Below are positions 1 to 12,800 of a DNA stretch of 64,000 bases, one piece after another. Source of the DNA: Clostridia bacterium (GTDB lineage Bacteria; Bacillota; Clostridia; TANB77; CAG-508). The stretch spans positions 58,852 through 122,851 of the forward strand of contig JBJFFC010000011.1 in the NCBI GenBank assembly GCA_051891395.1, written 5' to 3'. A program made the position numbers and the translations under genes. The first letter of the stretch is position 1, and every line of letters starts with the position of its first letter. A model generated the notes under the pieces. The model worked only from the letters and a program-made list of their open reading frames with translations, was not told where the DNA came from and did not search any database.

Positions 1-2108
1 CCATATTCTTCTCCCTCTGGTATAATCGCATTATTTCCTGTAATGGTATTTTTCCCCATTAAAGTTCCATCATACATATAGAAATTATTATTATTTTGTA
101 TGGCAGTTGTTTGTCCTTTTATTAGGATATTCTCTTCTACTACGCCATCATCATAGCCTAGTGTTAAACTCCTATTATTAATAATAACTGTATTTTCTGT
201 ATTTTCAATCATTCCTTCTTTTTCTATACTATTGTCTACAATTAGTAAATTTCCATTATTGGTAATGGTACTAGTTTGGTTTGAAGTTATTTTATGGTTG
301 TTTAAATCAAGAGTAATATTTTTGCTCTCGGAAATTGTAATACTTTCTGTTACATCTCCAATTAATTGTATTTTTATATTTTCATCTGTAATTGTGGCAA
401 AGGCCTTCTCAAATGAAACATATTTTTCAAGTGTTCCATCTTCTCTTTCAATTAATATTTTATAAGCAATTTCTTGATAAGTAGCTATATACTCTTCATC
501 TTTTTTTACTACTGTTACTCCTATTTCTTCTGTTTCCTCTTTTTTCCAACCAGCAAATTCATATTCATAATTATCATCCGCTTCTCTCATTGGACTTTCT
601 GGTACTTCTACAGTATCTCCATAATGATAATCTGTTTTTTCGCTGATTACGGTTCCATCATAATCTTTAAACATTACACTATATTCTATATAGGTTTCTG
701 TATATTGTGCCATATATTCTGCATTCTCTGTTACTATTTCAACTACTTCTGGACTCCATCCAGAAAATTCATAAGTATATGTTTCATCTGCTTTTCTTGT
801 TGGTGAATCTGGGACGGATACTGTTTGACCATAAAAATATTCTTTTGTTTCTCCGACTATACTTCCATCGTAATTCTTAAACGTAACTGTATAGGCATTT
901 CTATTATAATATAACTTCAACGTTAAGCTTCCATCTTTTGCTATTGTTCCAGTTGCTTTTCTTTCGCTATTTCTTTGATCTTCCGTAAATCCTTCATATG
1001 TTTTAGCTATTGCTGTTACTTCCTCTCCTGTTGTTCCTTCTAAATTTTCTGTTTCAGCTAATATATAAGTTCCATCCAATTCTTCTTTATAATGTTCTAC
1101 TTTATATACAGACTTATCTTCTATTGCTTTATAGGTTGCTACATATTCTGCATCTTTTGTTACTTTTTCTGTTTCTGCTATTTCCGGACTCCATCCAGCA
1201 AATTTGTATATGTATATTTCATCTGACTCTCTTGTTGGATCATCTGGAATTTCTATTGTATCGCCATAATGATAATCTGTTTTCGTACTTATTACCGTTC
1301 CATCATAATTTTTAAACGTTACTGTATATTCTTTTTCTTGTATATCTAACTCACCAAATACAATATAATTAATACAAGTCTCTATATCTGTTATATCAAT
1401 TTGTCCATCTTCATTTAAGTCTGCTGATAATTTTTCTTCTTCTGTAAAATTCCAATTACTAAGTCCTATTACACATTTTATTGTCTTTGTTAGTTCTGTT
1501 ACATTGATATCTCCATCTTTTGTCATATCCCCTATTACACTAATTCTATAACTAACAATTTCCTTGTCATCCTCTTCTACTTCACTTTCTTCTTTACCAT
1601 CTGCTTCATCTCTTGTGTCATTCTCCACTTCTTCTAGTCCATTTTCTACTTTTTCCTCTTCATTCTCTACTACTAATTCTGTTGCTTCTACTTCTGTTTC
1701 GCCTGCTACTTCTGTTGATTCTCTTACTCTACTTTCATTTTCTACAGTACCTTCTACTATCATTCCACTTGCTATATAACCACTTGTCACTTCTTGTGTC
1801 TTTTCTGCATCTAAATAAACTTTTACCGTATATTTTTCTTCGCCCAAAATGTTATTCAATGTATTTTCTGCTATTTCTTTAAATGTTTTATAATCCGTAA
1901 GAGGCATTACTCTAGTCATATAGTTTCCCTCTACTTTGTATTTCGTTACTTTCTCCACTTTTGAATAAGAATGCGTAGTATCTGGTATTCTATCTTTCGG
2001 TACCATGAATAAACAAAAAATAAGAATACACCCGATGGCTACTGCAAATTCCATCAAGGCTATTGCTACTTTTTTGCTTCTAATTACCTTCTCTATTTTT
2101 TGCTTCAT
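1..2108 (-). CDS. Secreted/surface protein with a dockerin domain, Listeria-Bacteroides (InlB B-type) repeats and a MucBP-like domain; runs off the window start
   Basis: Not in the ORF track; translated by hand from ATG at 2108 (upstream GAGGGAG): MKQKIEKVIRSKKVAIALMEFAVAIGCILIFCLF (hydrophobic leader), acidic linker, dockerin pair GDMTKDGDINVTEL...SADLNEDGQIDITDI, three YTVTFKNYDG...Y.YG....P..P.R..D..Y.Y.F.GW repeats, and a YKVEHYKEELDGTY segment. No stop before position 1. Confidence 0.8.
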   Translation of the reverse strand, partial: MKQKIEKVIRSKKVAIALMEFAVAIGCILIFCLFMVPKDRIPDTTHSYSKVEKVTKYKVEGNYMTRVMPLTDYKTFKEIAENTLNNILGEEKYTVKVYLDAEKTQEVTSGYIASGMIVEGTVENESRVRESTEVAGETEVEATELVVENEEEKVENGLEEVENDTRDEADGKEESEVEEDDKEIVSYRISVIGDMTKDGDINVTELTKTIKCVIGLSNWNFTEEEKLSADLNEDGQIDITDIETCINYIVFGELDIQEKEYTVTFKNYDGTVISTKTDYHYGDTIEIPDDPTRESDEIYIYKFAGWSPEIAETEKVTKDAEYVATYKAIEDKSVYKVEHYKEELDGTYILAETENLEGTTGEEVTAIAKTYEGFTEDQRNSERKATGTIAKDGSLTLKLYYNRNAYTVTFKNYDGSIVGETKEYFYGQTVSVPDSPTRKADETYTYEFSGWSPEVVEIVTENAEYMAQYTETYIEYSVMFKDYDGTVISEKTDYHYGDTVEVPESPMREADDNYEYEFAGWKKEETEEIGVTVVKKDEEYIATYQEIAYKILIEREDGTLEKYVSFEKAFATITDENIKIQLIGDVTESITISESKNITLDLNNHKITSNQTSTITNNGNLLIVDNSIEKEGMIENTENTVIINNRSLTLGYDDGVVEENILIKGQTTAIQNNNNFYMYDGTLMGKNTITGNNAIIPEGEEY

Positions 2109-2322
2109 TCGTATGTCTCCCTCTACCTATTCTCATAATATCTCTGTTTACATCTTCTCATATTTTTCTATTTTTTTCAATGGAACTTTTCGCCAGTATT
2201 TCAATTGTTACAGGCATTTTTTCATAAATAACTAGGGAAATCATCTTTATGAATTTTCAATCGAAATATTAAATATATATTACATTTCTGCAACATTTTT
2301 TGCATAGATCTATTTTTTTAAC

Positions 2323-2348
2323 AAAAAAAGACTGGAATAAATCCAGTC
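2323..2348 (-). terminator. Intrinsic terminator after the cohesin genes
   Basis: GACTGGA/TCCAGTC stem followed by a T-tract on the minus strand. Confidence 0.6.
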
Positions 2349-2357
2349 CGTAAGATT

Positions 2358-3047
2358 TTAGTAAATTTTCTTATATCTTATATATCCAATCACAGTTCCT
2401 ATGATAGCAATGATAATTCCTATACCAAGCCAAGGATTTAATCCTGTCTTTGGTAAACTACTACTTTTAGATATATTTTCATTTTTGTTTGACCCTTGAG
2501 TTGCTGTGTTTTTACTATCTGTTAATGAACCACTATTACCATTTGATGTTGATGCTATATTTACCGTAATCGTTTTGTTCGTTTTTGGTGTATCTGTTGT
2601 TCCATAACTAGAGAATATATTTTTTAAATATACATATCCTTTAGACGCTGAAACATTTGATTTGATTCTGATTTTTAATTGTGCTATTACTCCAGCGTTT
2701 TTTACACTATTCATATTACTGATAACAAATCTTCCTTTTAAGTCACTGTCACTTATTTGATTTAACTTTGCTGTCCAATTCTCTCCTGTTGCAACAATCT
2801 CTACACTTTCAAATACGCTATCATCATAAGCAAGGTCTCCTTGTATTGCATTAATACCATCACTACTTTGGTCAATATCTGCTATTCCTAAATCAACTGT
2901 TACGGTATCTCCAGCTTTTGCACTAGTTTCTAATGGATTTACTGTAAGATTGAATGTATAGTCAGCAGCTTCTACTTCCATCATCTTTGTCATAAAAGCT
3001 ATAAACATTATCATAATAATAGCAATAGCTATTTTTTTACTTTTCAT
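2358..3047 (-). CDS. Cohesin-domain cell-wall-anchored protein (LPKTG sorting signal)
   Basis: Signal peptide, cohesin-like beta domain (AKAGDTVTVDLGI...GINAIQGDLAYDDSVFE), S/T/N linker, then LPKTG + TM + basic tail. Confidence 0.7.
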   Translation of the reverse strand: MKSKKIAIAIIMIMFIAFMTKMMEVEAADYTFNLTVNPLETSAKAGDTVTVDLGIADIDQSSDGINAIQGDLAYDDSVFESVEIVATGENWTAKLNQISDSDLKGRFVISNMNSVKNAGVIAQLKIRIKSNVSASKGYVYLKNIFSSYGTTDTPKTNKTITVNIASTSNGNSGSLTDSKNTATQGSNKNENISKSSSLPKTGLNPWLGIGIIIAIIGTVIGYIRYKKIY

Positions 3048-3723
3048 TTCTTCCCCTCCTTTTTCTATTTATTATTAAAATCACTAGTATAATGAATAGA
3101 ATAATAGCTAATACTAAAAAAATCACTATATAGTAATTATCTTTTTTCTGAGCTACTACGTCATTTTGTACTGATACATTTTCTGATTCTGATATGGATT
3201 CTTCTGCCTTTTCCTCTTCCTTATTATTTTCTGCTAATTTTATGGTATTATCAACAATAATAAAATTAAATTCTTTATCTTCTGTATTTATTTTTTCAGC
3301 CTGATAACTTGTCTCTATCTCTTGAATTTTAATTTTTGTTTTTAAATTATTGATATCTGACTTTAATTCTAATTTTATTTTGGCTACTTCTGTATCTGCT
3401 TTCACATTACCCGCTGTTGTCATTAATATGAATTTTCCCTCATTATCATTTCCTTTTTCGTTATTATAGGCACAAGTCCAATTGTTCATGCCGGTAAAAG
3501 AAACATTATCAAATACATCAGAATCATACTTAAGTTTACCACTTACTACATTAATTCCATTAGTATAATCCTCAAGGTCAGATAATTTTAAAGTAATTTC
3601 TATTTTCTTTTCTTCAAGAATTTGAGTGTTAATACTTGTATCCAAATCAAATGCCAAGACATCTATATGAATTCCCAGTATCATAATGATTATCCATAAA
3701 AAACAAATTTTCTTCTTTAGCAA
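3037..3723 (-). CDS. Cohesin-like domain membrane-anchored protein
   Basis: Signal peptide, GINVVSGKLKYDSDVFD motif paralogous to the neighbouring gene, C-terminal TM and RKRRGR tail; overlaps the next gene by 11 nt. Confidence 0.65.
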   Translation of the reverse strand: MLKKKICFLWIIIMILGIHIDVLAFDLDTSINTQILEEKKIEITLKLSDLEDYTNGINVVSGKLKYDSDVFDNVSFTGMNNWTCAYNNEKGNDNEGKFILMTTAGNVKADTEVAKIKLELKSDINNLKTKIKIQEIETSYQAEKINTEDKEFNFIIVDNTIKLAENNKEEEKAEESISESENVSVQNDVVAQKKDNYYIVIFLVLAIILFIILVILIINRKRRGRNEK

Positions 3724-3768
3724 TTTCTATATCCTCCTTTATTGCCTTTCATCTATCCTAATATTTAT

Positions 3769-3811
3769 TATTTCAAAGAGGATTTCCTAAAATAGGCCCC
3801 TCTTTGAAATA
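3769..3811. terminator. Hairpin/terminator after the 3001-aa gene
   Basis: TATTTCAAAGAGG...CCTCTTTGAAATA inverted repeat. Confidence 0.5.
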
Positions 3812-3822
3812 GTCTTAATATT

Positions 3823-6800
3823 TTACCCTAGTATTTTCTTTTTGATAAATATAATTCCTGTTCCTAATATAATGAATGAAGATATTGCAAGTATTACAAT
3901 TGATGTATAGTCTCTGTTTTCACCTGTTGATGGTGTTACGGTTACTGTTTCACCTTTGTCATATAAAATAGAACTAACTGGTGTTACCTTTCTTCCTGTT
4001 TGGCTTGTACGTTCAATTTGTGTAACTTCAACGTCATTATTTAAATCTATTTCGTCATTATTTGCCAATACTTTTGTTGCATATAGACTTGCTGTATTAT
4101 ATTTTCCTGGTGCCAATTCATCTTCAAGTCCTACATTATTCAATATCGTTTTGTCTGCCAATCTCTTTTGTCTTGCTATTTTTACATTTACAGATGACCA
4201 TTCTGTGATTTCTTGATAGTATTCTTCATAAGATGATGTATATCCTGTTATATCTATAATTTTATCATCTTCTATCGTTGTTGATGCATAAGATAAATAG
4301 TTTTCTATTATTGTTTTTTCTGTTTGATACTCATCTTCATAATCTCTTTGTTCTGTCATTGTCCATTCGCTATTCTCTTCATTTTCTTTATCTATAACCA
4401 TGCTGTTATCTAGATAATCATAAACTCTTGTAGGTGTAATCGTTATAATGCTACCTTCCTTAAATCCATATTTATAATAATTCAATGAGTCATAATCTAC
4501 TTCACTATTATTCTTGACTATTATTTCATAGCCAATTTCTATGGTTGAACCTTGTATTAATTCGCTGTCAATTTCTGATTTTAAATATCCATTTTTTGGT
4601 GTATTATTCTTAGAAGGTCCCATATAGGTTACTCCTTTTACAGTTTCTCCTACTAATTTATATATAATATTTCCATTCTCATCTCGCTCTGGATTTCCTT
4701 CTCTGTCTAACTTCTCTTCTACTTGAGCATCTACTATTGTTTGTCCATTTGCTAATGTGATTTTTACTGTTTTTACATTTTTACTAATCTCTAGTACTTG
4801 CCTTGCTCTTTCTGTTATACCAAAATCCACATATGGAATATTGAATATTAACTTACTATCTTCTGGTTCTATCTTATTTTCATTATTAAGAAAATGCATA
4901 GATGTTCCTGTATAAGATTTAATATCATCTTTATATTCGATTCCAAATTTCATATTAGGAGTCATAGAATTCATACTAATATTAGTATTATTCTCATAAC
5001 TATCAATTATTTTTCTTGTTCCATAATCATCTGTTGCATCAGAATATCTACTCTTACGCCATTTTTGCTCCTCAGGATAATCTCTATACCAATCTTCATA
5101 TGTTGCTCTTGATGACTCGTTATAAATTGTTCCTTTATAGTCATTTACATTAATAGGATTATTTGGATCTCCTTCAATATATGTTTTATCTCCCCACGTA
5201 TAAACTATCACATAATCTCCTGGTATAAATCCTGAAATTTCAAAATATCCATCCTCTCCAGTTCCACCATTTTGTCCATTATTATATTTAGTTATTCCTG
5301 AAGGACTATCAGCTATTACTATATTTGAATCTTCATCATAGATAATATTTCCATCTTTATCTTTTTTAGTTTCATACAACTCTACTTTAACTCCTGAAAT
5401 TGTATTTTCTGTATTTTCTTCATATACACCGTTTCCATTTCTTGTGTAAGTATCAGGATTACTTGTTACTTTATCCAATACTGACTCATCTAAGAATACA
5501 GTACCAGATATTGTTCTTGCTTTATCTGCCGTTATGATTAATGATGGTGCCCAGTCGCTATCATCTTCTTTTTTACCTTCTTCTATATTACCTGGGTTTG
5601 AATCTTTATCGATTCCTGCATATATTTTTCCTGCATAATTTTTATCTTCATTCTCTTCTTTTCCATAATCTTTATCATAGAAAGTAGAATATGAATTGAT
5701 TTCTACATAAGTTTTTAATACTATTTCCTTCGTTAATTCTTTGCCAGATTCATCAAAGAATATTGCTCCAATATCCTTAATTTCAAACTTCACATAAACA
5801 TATTCTGTGTCTCCTCCTGTGGTTCCAACTCTTAAGTCTGCATTCCTACTTTCATCATAAGTATCAATTCTCACTTTCGCATATTCATTACTGTCATAGC
5901 TAATTGGTTCACAATGAAGCTCTGTACCATTAAGATAAGCTTTAGGATTATCATAATATTTCTTATCATAATACTCTAATAAGCTATTCACCCTTGAATT
6001 TAATGTTGTCGCTTGATTGTTTATTGCTATTCTATAGGTTACATATGCTTTTAGTTTATTATCTCCTGTATATTTACAGTCTGATTCGTATACAGTTCTT
6101 GTGTATGATTCAGATCCATATTTAGTTCCAAATTTTACACCAACATTAAATATATCATTCTGATTTAGATATTCATCACTAAATCTATTTGCATATTCAT
6201 AAGTATGGCTATATCCATTAATTTCTAGGTTCACATTATAGACATCTTGTGCTATCGCTAAATCAGGTTGTTCTCTTTCGTATAATCCTAAGTTAATATT
6301 AGTAATTTCATCTTCTCCGCTTTTTAAAATTTCCTCAAGAGTCCTATTTTGTCCTAGTAGTCGATAATCTTCTTTATTTTTAGTATTTGTATTCGTTTCT
6401 GTTCTGGCTGTTATATCTAACATTTTCCAAAACTCTTCACCTGTATAATAAGATGTTCTAACAGGATATTTTGCACCCTCATATCCATCTTTTGATCCTG
6501 CATTATAATGTAATGTACTACTATAATTTTCACTATCATAATCATATTCCATTCCTATACATGTGCCATCTTTTGAATAAATTCCCTCGTTATCTACATA
6601 TTCGTACTTAGCATTATATTTTTCTCTTTCGTTTTCCTCTATGTCATTTATCTTAGTAAACTCTTTTGCAGTATTTCCATTTTGTACTTTTTTGCCTTCT
6701 TCATCTATACAATTTAGTGCAACCGTTTCATAATTTAATCCATTGTATGTAAATTGTATATAAGCCCCCTCTAAATCTTTTATCAATATTTTCTTTGCTG

Positions 6801-9800
6801 AAGTATCTCTTAGATAATCTCCAAAGATATAAGCTCCATCTTCTTTTTCGCCTTTTGTATTAGTTATTGTTTTCGTTGTAGTTTCGTCTAGTTTTGTTCC
6901 ATCTTCTTTGTATAATGTTACTCTTACTTCATTTAATCTTTTATCGTTATTATCTGCTATCGAGTTTCCATTTTCATCTTTCAATTCTCCACTATTATAT
7001 AAATTGTTACGGTTAGATTGTTTTCCATAATACATATCTTCCCAAGCATATCCACTTAGTTTAATGTATTTTTTCTTGTTGTAAACATTTAATTTGTTAT
7101 TATATTTAATATCTGTAGAATCTGATTCTACTCCTGTTTCTCTTGAACTTTGTCTGTTTATTGTAAATGGTATATCATTTCCTTTTCCAGATGTTTTCTT
7201 TTCTTTTCCCTCTTTATCTATTGTTGTATATTCATATTCTATATATTCTTCAAAACCATCTGATTTATCTTTTGCATCTGATGGATCCGCATATCCAAAA
7301 TTGTCACCTACTGACATTTCTTCTAAGAAATAGTCACCTACTAACATATTTAGTATATTGATTTGTCCACTATCATTTGTTGTAAAAGTTGTTGCTTCAT
7401 CATAATTAGTCGTAGTTGTCATGTTAGTTAAACCAATCGTTCCTATCACTTCTTTTCCTGTGTATGTATCTTTACTGTCGGTTGCAATTATATATTCTCC
7501 ATCAGAATTTTTAATTTTAAAACTTATATCACTTAATGGTAGATTTGAATCTGTATCTCTTTTTATAATTTGCAGATTACCTGTTTGCTTTTGGTTTTTT
7601 GCTGTATATTCTACTGTTTGTGCTGTTTTTACCTTTATTGAGTCCTCTACCATAACAGTATAGCCATAATTAGGATTTGAGCTTTCCGTTATGGTATATT
7701 CCCCTACACTGATATTTTCAAGATTTATTTCTCCATTATCATCTGTAGTATAAGATCTGTTTAAAGTTTTATCAGGTCCTTTTACACTAAATTTTACTCC
7801 TTTTAATCTTTCACCAGTTTCTTCATCTTTCTTTATTATTTTTAAGTTACCTGTAAAATTCATCCATTTTATTGATTTTTTATTAGTAATCTTTTTTTTC
7901 TCTACATTCGATTTATTTTCATCTAAAAACTTTCTAAATGTACGCACATCTTGAGTCCATGAATTATGAGTATATTCTGCTTGTCTATAAACATTTACAC
8001 CTTCTTTGACATTTGCACTAGTTTCAGCTTTAAGCTCAACATATGCAATTTTTTTGTCATAATCTTCAGGCTTCACATAAACATAAAACTCTATTTCTTT
8101 ATTTTCATAGCCTTCTTGAATAGTAAATTTGGTTGTTCCTATTTCAGGTACTATACCATTATTTATCATATGATGTGGTTCACAATAAACCTTGTTCTTA
8201 TTATAATCATAAAGCTGAATTTCAAACTCCGCCTTACTACTAGAGCACTTAAATTTAAATGGTCCTAACACTTTCATTGGGATTCCATTTGGATGTTGCT
8301 CTGCAACTTCAATAACTCCATCATCATTTAAATTAGTTAAATCGAACTTTAACTCTGGTGCCTCATCCTCAATCTCGTCATATGCTGTACTTCCACCATA
8401 CCCATAGAAACTATATGTACTACCTGCGCCAGCAACCCCAACTCCTGCTTGAATGCACAAAGCATCTCCTGTATTTTCATTTCCATAAAAATATCGGCTA
8501 CCATAGATATTAGAATATCCATGACTGTTTGAAGTCCACGTAAACTGTGCTGATTCAGGTGCTCCAGCGTCTACTTCGTTATTTCCCGCAACAAGAGTCA
8601 CCATAATTACAATTCCAAATAAAGAAATTTTACCTATTTTAAAAATACCATATTTATAAGATAGAAAAATAACAATACCTACCAAAGCTAGCAATAATAT
8701 ACCAATTGATATATATACCATAACACCTGTACTAACAGAAATAATTAAATCTGCTTTTGAAAAATCATCTTCTGTTTCTGCTTTATTTCCTGGCGTTGAG
8801 TCTGTATCACTTGTTCCTAAAGAATTGCTCATCTCTCCTATTTCGGCCATATTCGTAAAAGTTCCTGTGGAATTTGATGTCATTGATTTTGTAAGAATCA
8901 ACGTTAATTCTGCACTTTCTCCAGCCTTAATCCCTTGATTCGTAATATTTACAACTTCTCCATTATTGGTAGTTGTCCAACTCTTATTTAGCTCTGATGA
9001 AAAGTTAAATCCATCTGGTATAGAATCAACAACTTTTATAGAAGATACTGGTAATTCACCTTCATTTGTTACTACTATCTTATAATTGACAACAACAGTA
9101 GCCCCTTGGATTTCTTTAGCTTTTATCTCAACCTTTGCAAGCTGAGTATTATCATATGTATATTCTTTTGTTCCACTTGTCGTTTTTACTTGTACTTTAG
9201 AAATATATTTGTCTAATTTTAAATCACAAATTTTATTTTTTATCAATCCAATGTCTATGTTAGAAATCGATGCATTTAAAGTGATTGTATCTGTTATTCC
9301 TACTTTTATCTGTGTTTCCATTAAGGTAATCTCTTTATCAATAGCATCTGAATTTAAGCTACTTGATATCCCACTTTTTTGATATGACGCTACGGAATAT
9401 ATATCTGTATCATAATTAAAAATTACAATATAATTTCCTTCTTCTAATTCTGAAAAACGGTACGCTCCATTAGAATCTGTTACTTCCTTTGCTTGTATTG
9501 CACTTGAATTAGCTGTGTTCACTAACATTACTGTAATTCCATTTAATAATGGTTCACTTATTTGTCTTTTTCCATCTTCATTTTCGTCTAACCATGCTAC
9601 TCCTGCTATACTATATTTTTCTATGTTATCTGACGGATCACTTGGCTCGTCTGGATCACTTGGATCATCTGGATTATCTGGTATATCTGGCTCCTCACTT
9701 TCATCATAATTGTATGGAAGTATTGTATGGGCAATCGTATTGGAAGTTTTGGACTGAATATTATCTTCTTCTAATATTCCAGATACGGTTGCGCTATTCT

Positions 9801-12800
9801 CTATTTTAGTCTTTTCGAATACAAGTCCTGCTGTTGTCTCTACTTTTATAGTGACACTTTTTTCATAAGGTATAGTAAGGTATAGATCAACATTTGGTAA
9901 TCTATTGCCTTCTTCATCTGTTAATACACCAATATCTTCTATAACCGTTTCTTCTTTATATATTCCTGTTGATTCAAAACTGTAAAGTTGTTCATTTGTA
10001 TCTTTTTCTTCACTTGCTTTTTCTTCTGTATATTTATTATATGTAATCTTTACTGGTTCTACATCTTCTGGTAAAAAGTCTATTACATGAACTCCTATAG
10101 AAGAAGTAGATTCGTCTTGAAAATTGGGTCTTCCTGTATTTGTAACTACTATTTCATAATTAATTTCATCTCCATATCTTACTTCTTCGCCTTCACTTTC
10201 AGAAGTCATTAATATGGATACGCTATCATAACCATATAAAATTCTATTTTCATTAGAAGAATAAGTCACATTTCCTATTTCAACATTTGCAACTGCTGTT
10301 AGTTCGAGTTCTTCCCCCTCTGTTTCTACTTCTGATTCTCTACAATTCATGTACCCTGCAATTAAATACCTTTTATTAGTTTCTACTTTTACCTTAATGC
10401 CATCTTCCTCTACACTTGCTATTTCATTTAAATCTAATTTTAAACCTCCACCTTCATAGTTTGGATCAATAAGAATATACTCTAAATTAAATTCGTTTGG
10501 AACTTTTACTGTTGCTGTTACTTCATCTATTTCATCACTTGACACAAAAAGAGTATAATCCCATGCATTTTTATCGGTTCCTAAAAAAGCTCCCAAGAAA
10601 ACTTTTACTTCTGCTTTTTTAATCACATTAGTCATAGAATAATCCATTACTTGTGTTTGTTCTGCATAAACTTTTACATTGCTTGTAATTTCTTGTTCGT
10701 CTTGTCCTTCTAATAAATCATTGACTTGTACTTCATAAAACTTGGTAACACTTTTTCCTGTTTCCAATGAACCTATTTCTATTGTTTTCTCAGTAATAGT
10801 ATCATCGTAATTATATTGATACTTACCAGTAGAAGTATAATAATCTGCCTCTAACTCCCCATAAGTTGTCCCTTCTGGCACAGTTCCTACTACTTTAATA
10901 TTATCTATTTTCTCATCTGATGTATTTGTTACGGTGATATTATATTTAATAAATTCGCCTTCATAAACTGTGTCACCATCTTTTAAGACGGTATCTCCTC
11001 TTACTGGTGTTACCTCTACTGTTAAACCTTCTATATTCTCTGTTGTAGAAGTAAGTAATGAGGTATTCGCATAGGTAGCAATTAATGGATTAGCCTCTCT
11101 TATGCTTTCTTCTTTATAGCTTGCAATTTTTATCTCACTACTTCTATTTTCTATCTCAGCTTTTCCATTCACAGCATAGTAATTTGTATATGTCAAATTT
11201 ACATTTCCTGTTGTATTTTCAATATCCTTCTTTAAAATAATCGTTGCAGATATTTTTACATCTGTTACTAATTCCAAAGTATTTCCATCATACTCAGTTT
11301 GTGTACCAATCAAATTAGCTACAATTACAATATTTCCATTTTCACTTGTTTCTAAATATGGATCTTGCAATTCTAATCCATTTGCATAAACAACCGAAGC
11401 TTCTCCTAATATAACCTTCTCTACTTCGCTTGGAAGTTCAATTTTTACACTTGGATTTTTTAACATATTATCTTTAGTCGAATTACTACTGATATATACA
11501 TTAAATGTAATTTCATTTTGATTTTTATTCGTCCATTCTGTATTACTTATATCTATATTTATATTATTCGTTGATTCTTTAATATCAGTTGTATTTTCAT
11601 AGCTATTTGTAAATACTACTTTTTCTTCTATGGTTTCTTCTTCATCATTCATTACAGTTTCTTCATTGATTCCTATAATTTGATTTGATGTTTTTATTTT
11701 TGTATAATCAATGTTTCTCATTGTGCTCTTTATTTTTTTAGTATTTTCTATTGCTAATATTCCTTCGTTTTCTATATTACTTGTTTTTATTATAATAGAT
11801 TCTAGTTCATTTTCATAGCTAATAACTATACTTCCATCTTCTGCAAATTGTGTATTCTCATCAATTGTAGCAATTAAATTCTCACTGCCATCTAAGATTT
11901 CAATAACTCCATTTTCTCCTAAAAGTCTTTTCATATCTTGTTGTTTTATTTTAGTACTTTTATAAACTAAATCACCATTGTTTGAAAATTCTTCTGTTAT
12001 CTCCTCTCCATTTGAGTTCTGATATACTCTTTCAAAAGAATTACTTTCTTTAAATTCTATTTTTTGCCCTGCTTCTTTTTTACTCACCATTATTTTTGCT
12101 GTTTCTTTATATTCTGTATCATAATTCGTTCCATTAATAATGTTTGACTTAATATATCCGTTATATATTTCATTCGCTTCACTTGTAACAGATGTTAACT
12201 CTCCAATATTATCCTTTACTATCCCCTTAAATTCATTCTCTTGTCTAATTTGTCTATCATCTGTAGATAAAGTAACTGTCGATTGTACTTTAATAGCTAA
12301 CTCTCTTTCTTCTTGTTCTGCATAGGTATCATAATAAGCAATAATTACATATTCATCCCTTGCATTATCACTTGGCTTTGTATCGTTAATAATCTCTCCG
12401 TTTTCGTCCTGATTACTTGCCCTTATCACTATAATTCCAGTATTTGAGTCATACTCATAATTATCTTCTATGTTTTCTGTTTTACCATTGCTTAACTCTG
12501 TACTTTTAGTAATTATTTTTACAGCATAAGGATATTTGCCATCAATTTGATTTAAACTGATAGCCAATTCACTTGACTTTAAAGGTATATAATCTCCGTC
12601 TCCATATTCAATTCCTGTTCTCACATTATACTCTACTAGTGTTCCTTTGTCTTGATCAGATATTTCATAGTTTATATATTTATCTAAGTTAGCCTCTATT
12701 AAAACTCTTTGATTATCTGCTCCTACGCTAGTATTTATTAAAAATTTTACAAAAAATACAATAGAAAAACATATTGTTATACATAAACACGCATATGCAA

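Noticed and set aside
9625-9705. Short tandem repeats encoding PDIPDNPDDPSDPDEPSDPSD (and the N-rich tract near 60300-60410)
   Set aside because: Ordinary low-complexity linkers in surface proteins.
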